Source of the DNA: Candidatus Limivicinus sp.
Lineage (GTDB): Bacteria > Bacillota > Clostridia > Oscillospirales > Oscillospiraceae
Direction: 5' to 3'
Assembly (NCBI GenBank): GCA_045117135.1
Contig: JBGUNA010000086.1
Span: 2,638 to 66,637, forward strand
Length of the DNA stretch: 64,000 bases
In this document: piece by piece, positions 62,866 through 64,000 of the stretch
Position numbering within the stretch: the stretch's first letter is position 1
How the letters are laid out: every line of letters starts with the position of its first letter
Notes under the pieces: generated by a model
Seen by the model: only the letters and a program-made list of their open reading frames with translations
The model's database searches: none
Told to the model about the DNA's origin: nothing
Translations under genes and position numbers: made by a program

Positions 62866-64000
62866 TCAGGCGTAATATGCATCCAGATATTTCTGGAAAA
62901 TACCGAGGTACTGCTCAAGGCCATAGGCATTAAGGTCACTCTGGAGCTTATCCCAGTCAGCGTCAGTGAAGCCGTTCATGATCCAGCTGGCTCTGGCAGT
63001 ATTGATGCACTTGTAAATATCTGCGTTCAGGTTGGAGATGGTCTTGGTATCGTCGGCAGACATGAACACGTTCGGGAAGACATATTCGGTGTTCATATCA
63101 GGGGTAAAGACGTTCTTGATCCAGTCGAGACGGTACTGTGCATCGTCCGGGCAAGTAACATAAACACCATAGTAACTGTCGAGAATAGCTAGCGGGCCGC
63201 CTACGCACTCTGCTTCACGGACTTCAACAGGAGAGGCGTCTCCAAGCCAGGCATGCTTGAGCATCGGTTCGCCCTTGTCATTGGTGCTCATTTCGAAGAT
63301 ATCAAAATCATCATCCTCACCGTAGGTACCCCAGTTGTTCTGCGGAGACTGAAGCGGTGCATACATCTGGTCGAGCCATGCACAGATCAGAGCAGGATTC
63401 TTGGCATTAGCGGTGATGACGCAGCGGCCGCGATCAAAGCCGGAAGTGAAGGAACCATTGCAGGGGGTGATATTGCGAACGTCTGCAGTCAGGGCAGGCA
63501 GCGGAGCCCAGCCTTTGCCGGCGATCAGATCGTCCATGCTGATGGAAACAATGTTTGCAACGTCCCAGGAGAAACAGACGCCATAGCGGCCGCTCTTGCC
63601 CTTAGCAACATAGGTGGACCACTCCTGCGTGAAAGCATCAGGATCCATCAGCTTCTGGGCATAGAGGTTGTGCAGCCATTCAACGCCCTTGCGGAAACCT
63701 TCGGTATTGGCGGTGCAAATAACCTGTTTGTCAGGGCTGACAACGATGTGGCGGCCGGGATCCGGATCGCCGTAACCTTCACCGAATCCATTGCAGAGAA
63801 TGGTGCAGTCTTCATTACCGCCGTTGATGATGCAGGCAAGAGGAATGATATCGCCGTCGATATTGAATTCAGCTTTCAGAGCATCCGCATTGTCACGGAA
63901 GGCAATGAGAACCTGCTCAAACTCGTCGACGGTGGTGGGCATCTCGAGGCCAAGGAACTCGAGCCATGCAACGTTGATGAAAGGCATGTTGCCGACTGCC
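62866..64000 (-). CDS. ABC-transporter extracellular solute-binding protein (large LipO-like sugar-binding lipoprotein). The N-terminus lies beyond the window end.
   Basis: The reading frame is open to the window edge. The C-terminal ~375 aa (..TVDEFEQVLIAFRD.., ..WIMNGFTDADWDKLQSDLNAYGLEQYL..) are typical of family-1 SBPs. It lies next to the GH32 gene. Confidence 0.75.
   Translation of the reverse strand, partial: AVGNMPFINVAWLEFLGLEMPTTVDEFEQVLIAFRDNADALKAEFNIDGDIIPLACIINGGNEDCTILCNGFGEGYGDPDPGRHIVVSPDKQVICTANTEGFRKGVEWLHNLYAQKLMDPDAFTQEWSTYVAKGKSGRYGVCFSWDVANIVSISMDDLIAGKGWAPLPALTADVRNITPCNGSFTSGFDRGRCVITANAKNPALICAWLDQMYAPLQSPQNNWGTYGEDDDFDIFEMSTNDKGEPMLKHAWLGDASPVEVREAECVGGPLAILDSYYGVYVTCPDDAQYRLDWIKNVFTPDMNTEYVFPNVFMSADDTKTISNLNADIYKCINTARASWIMNGFTDADWDKLQSDLNAYGLEQYLGIFQKYLDAYYA

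Noticed and set aside
1-64000. CRISPR arrays, insertion sequences, integrases, prophage genes and toxin-antitoxin pairs as markers of a mobile island.
   Set aside because: I noticed no regularly spaced direct repeats, no transposase-, recombinase- or phage-like ORFs, and no small paired ORFs with TA features. The accessory-looking 18.7-35.6 kb block has no recognisable mobility genes or flanking canonical tRNA.

Overview
This is a 64-kb chromosomal window that looks like a Firmicutes/Clostridia genome. The signs are GGAGG-type ribosome-binding sites (RBSs), AddAB instead of RecBCD, a dgt-dnaG-rpoD operon, and protein families typical of gut Lachnospiraceae/Oscillospiraceae. The taxon is inference only. 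There are about 50 protein genes. I saw no rRNA, no canonical tRNA, no CRISPR array and no transposase, integrase or phage genes. Layout by region: (1-5.8 kb) three tandem leucine-rich-repeat (LRR) surface-protein paralogs plus a large polytopic membrane protein. (5.8-18.5 kb) housekeeping genes: aminotransferase, addB-addA, rpmE, rpoD-dnaG-dgt. (18.7-32.2 kb) an accessory-looking block. It holds an orphan double-glycine-leader SH3 peptide, a DUF5662-like gene, and a split two-component system (7TM sensor, HisKA_3 kinase, NarL-type regulator). It then has six tandem secreted modular proteins, five of which carry one or two Cys4 zinc-ribbon knuckles (four directly behind the signal peptide, one mid-protein), and a 4xLysM protein. 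(32.3-35.6 kb) the most unusual locus. Its own promoter is followed by a ~140-nt circularly permuted tRNA mimic (Y-RNA/YrlA-like design), a 691-aa helical + TerD-domain protein, a PPP-family metallophosphoesterase and a terminator. No Ro60/Rsr or Rtc genes are nearby. (35.6-64 kb) lacZ, yigZ-hflX-trxB, a DnaD-domain protein, and MFS and MATE transporters. Next comes a glycan-utilisation block: a membrane-anchored esterase, two GH78-like six-hairpin hydrolases, a GPH symporter and two divergent GH2 paralogs. The window ends with small housekeeping genes and a GH32 + ABC solute-binding protein locus. All functional calls come from motif and family recognition by eye. No database search or folding program was run.
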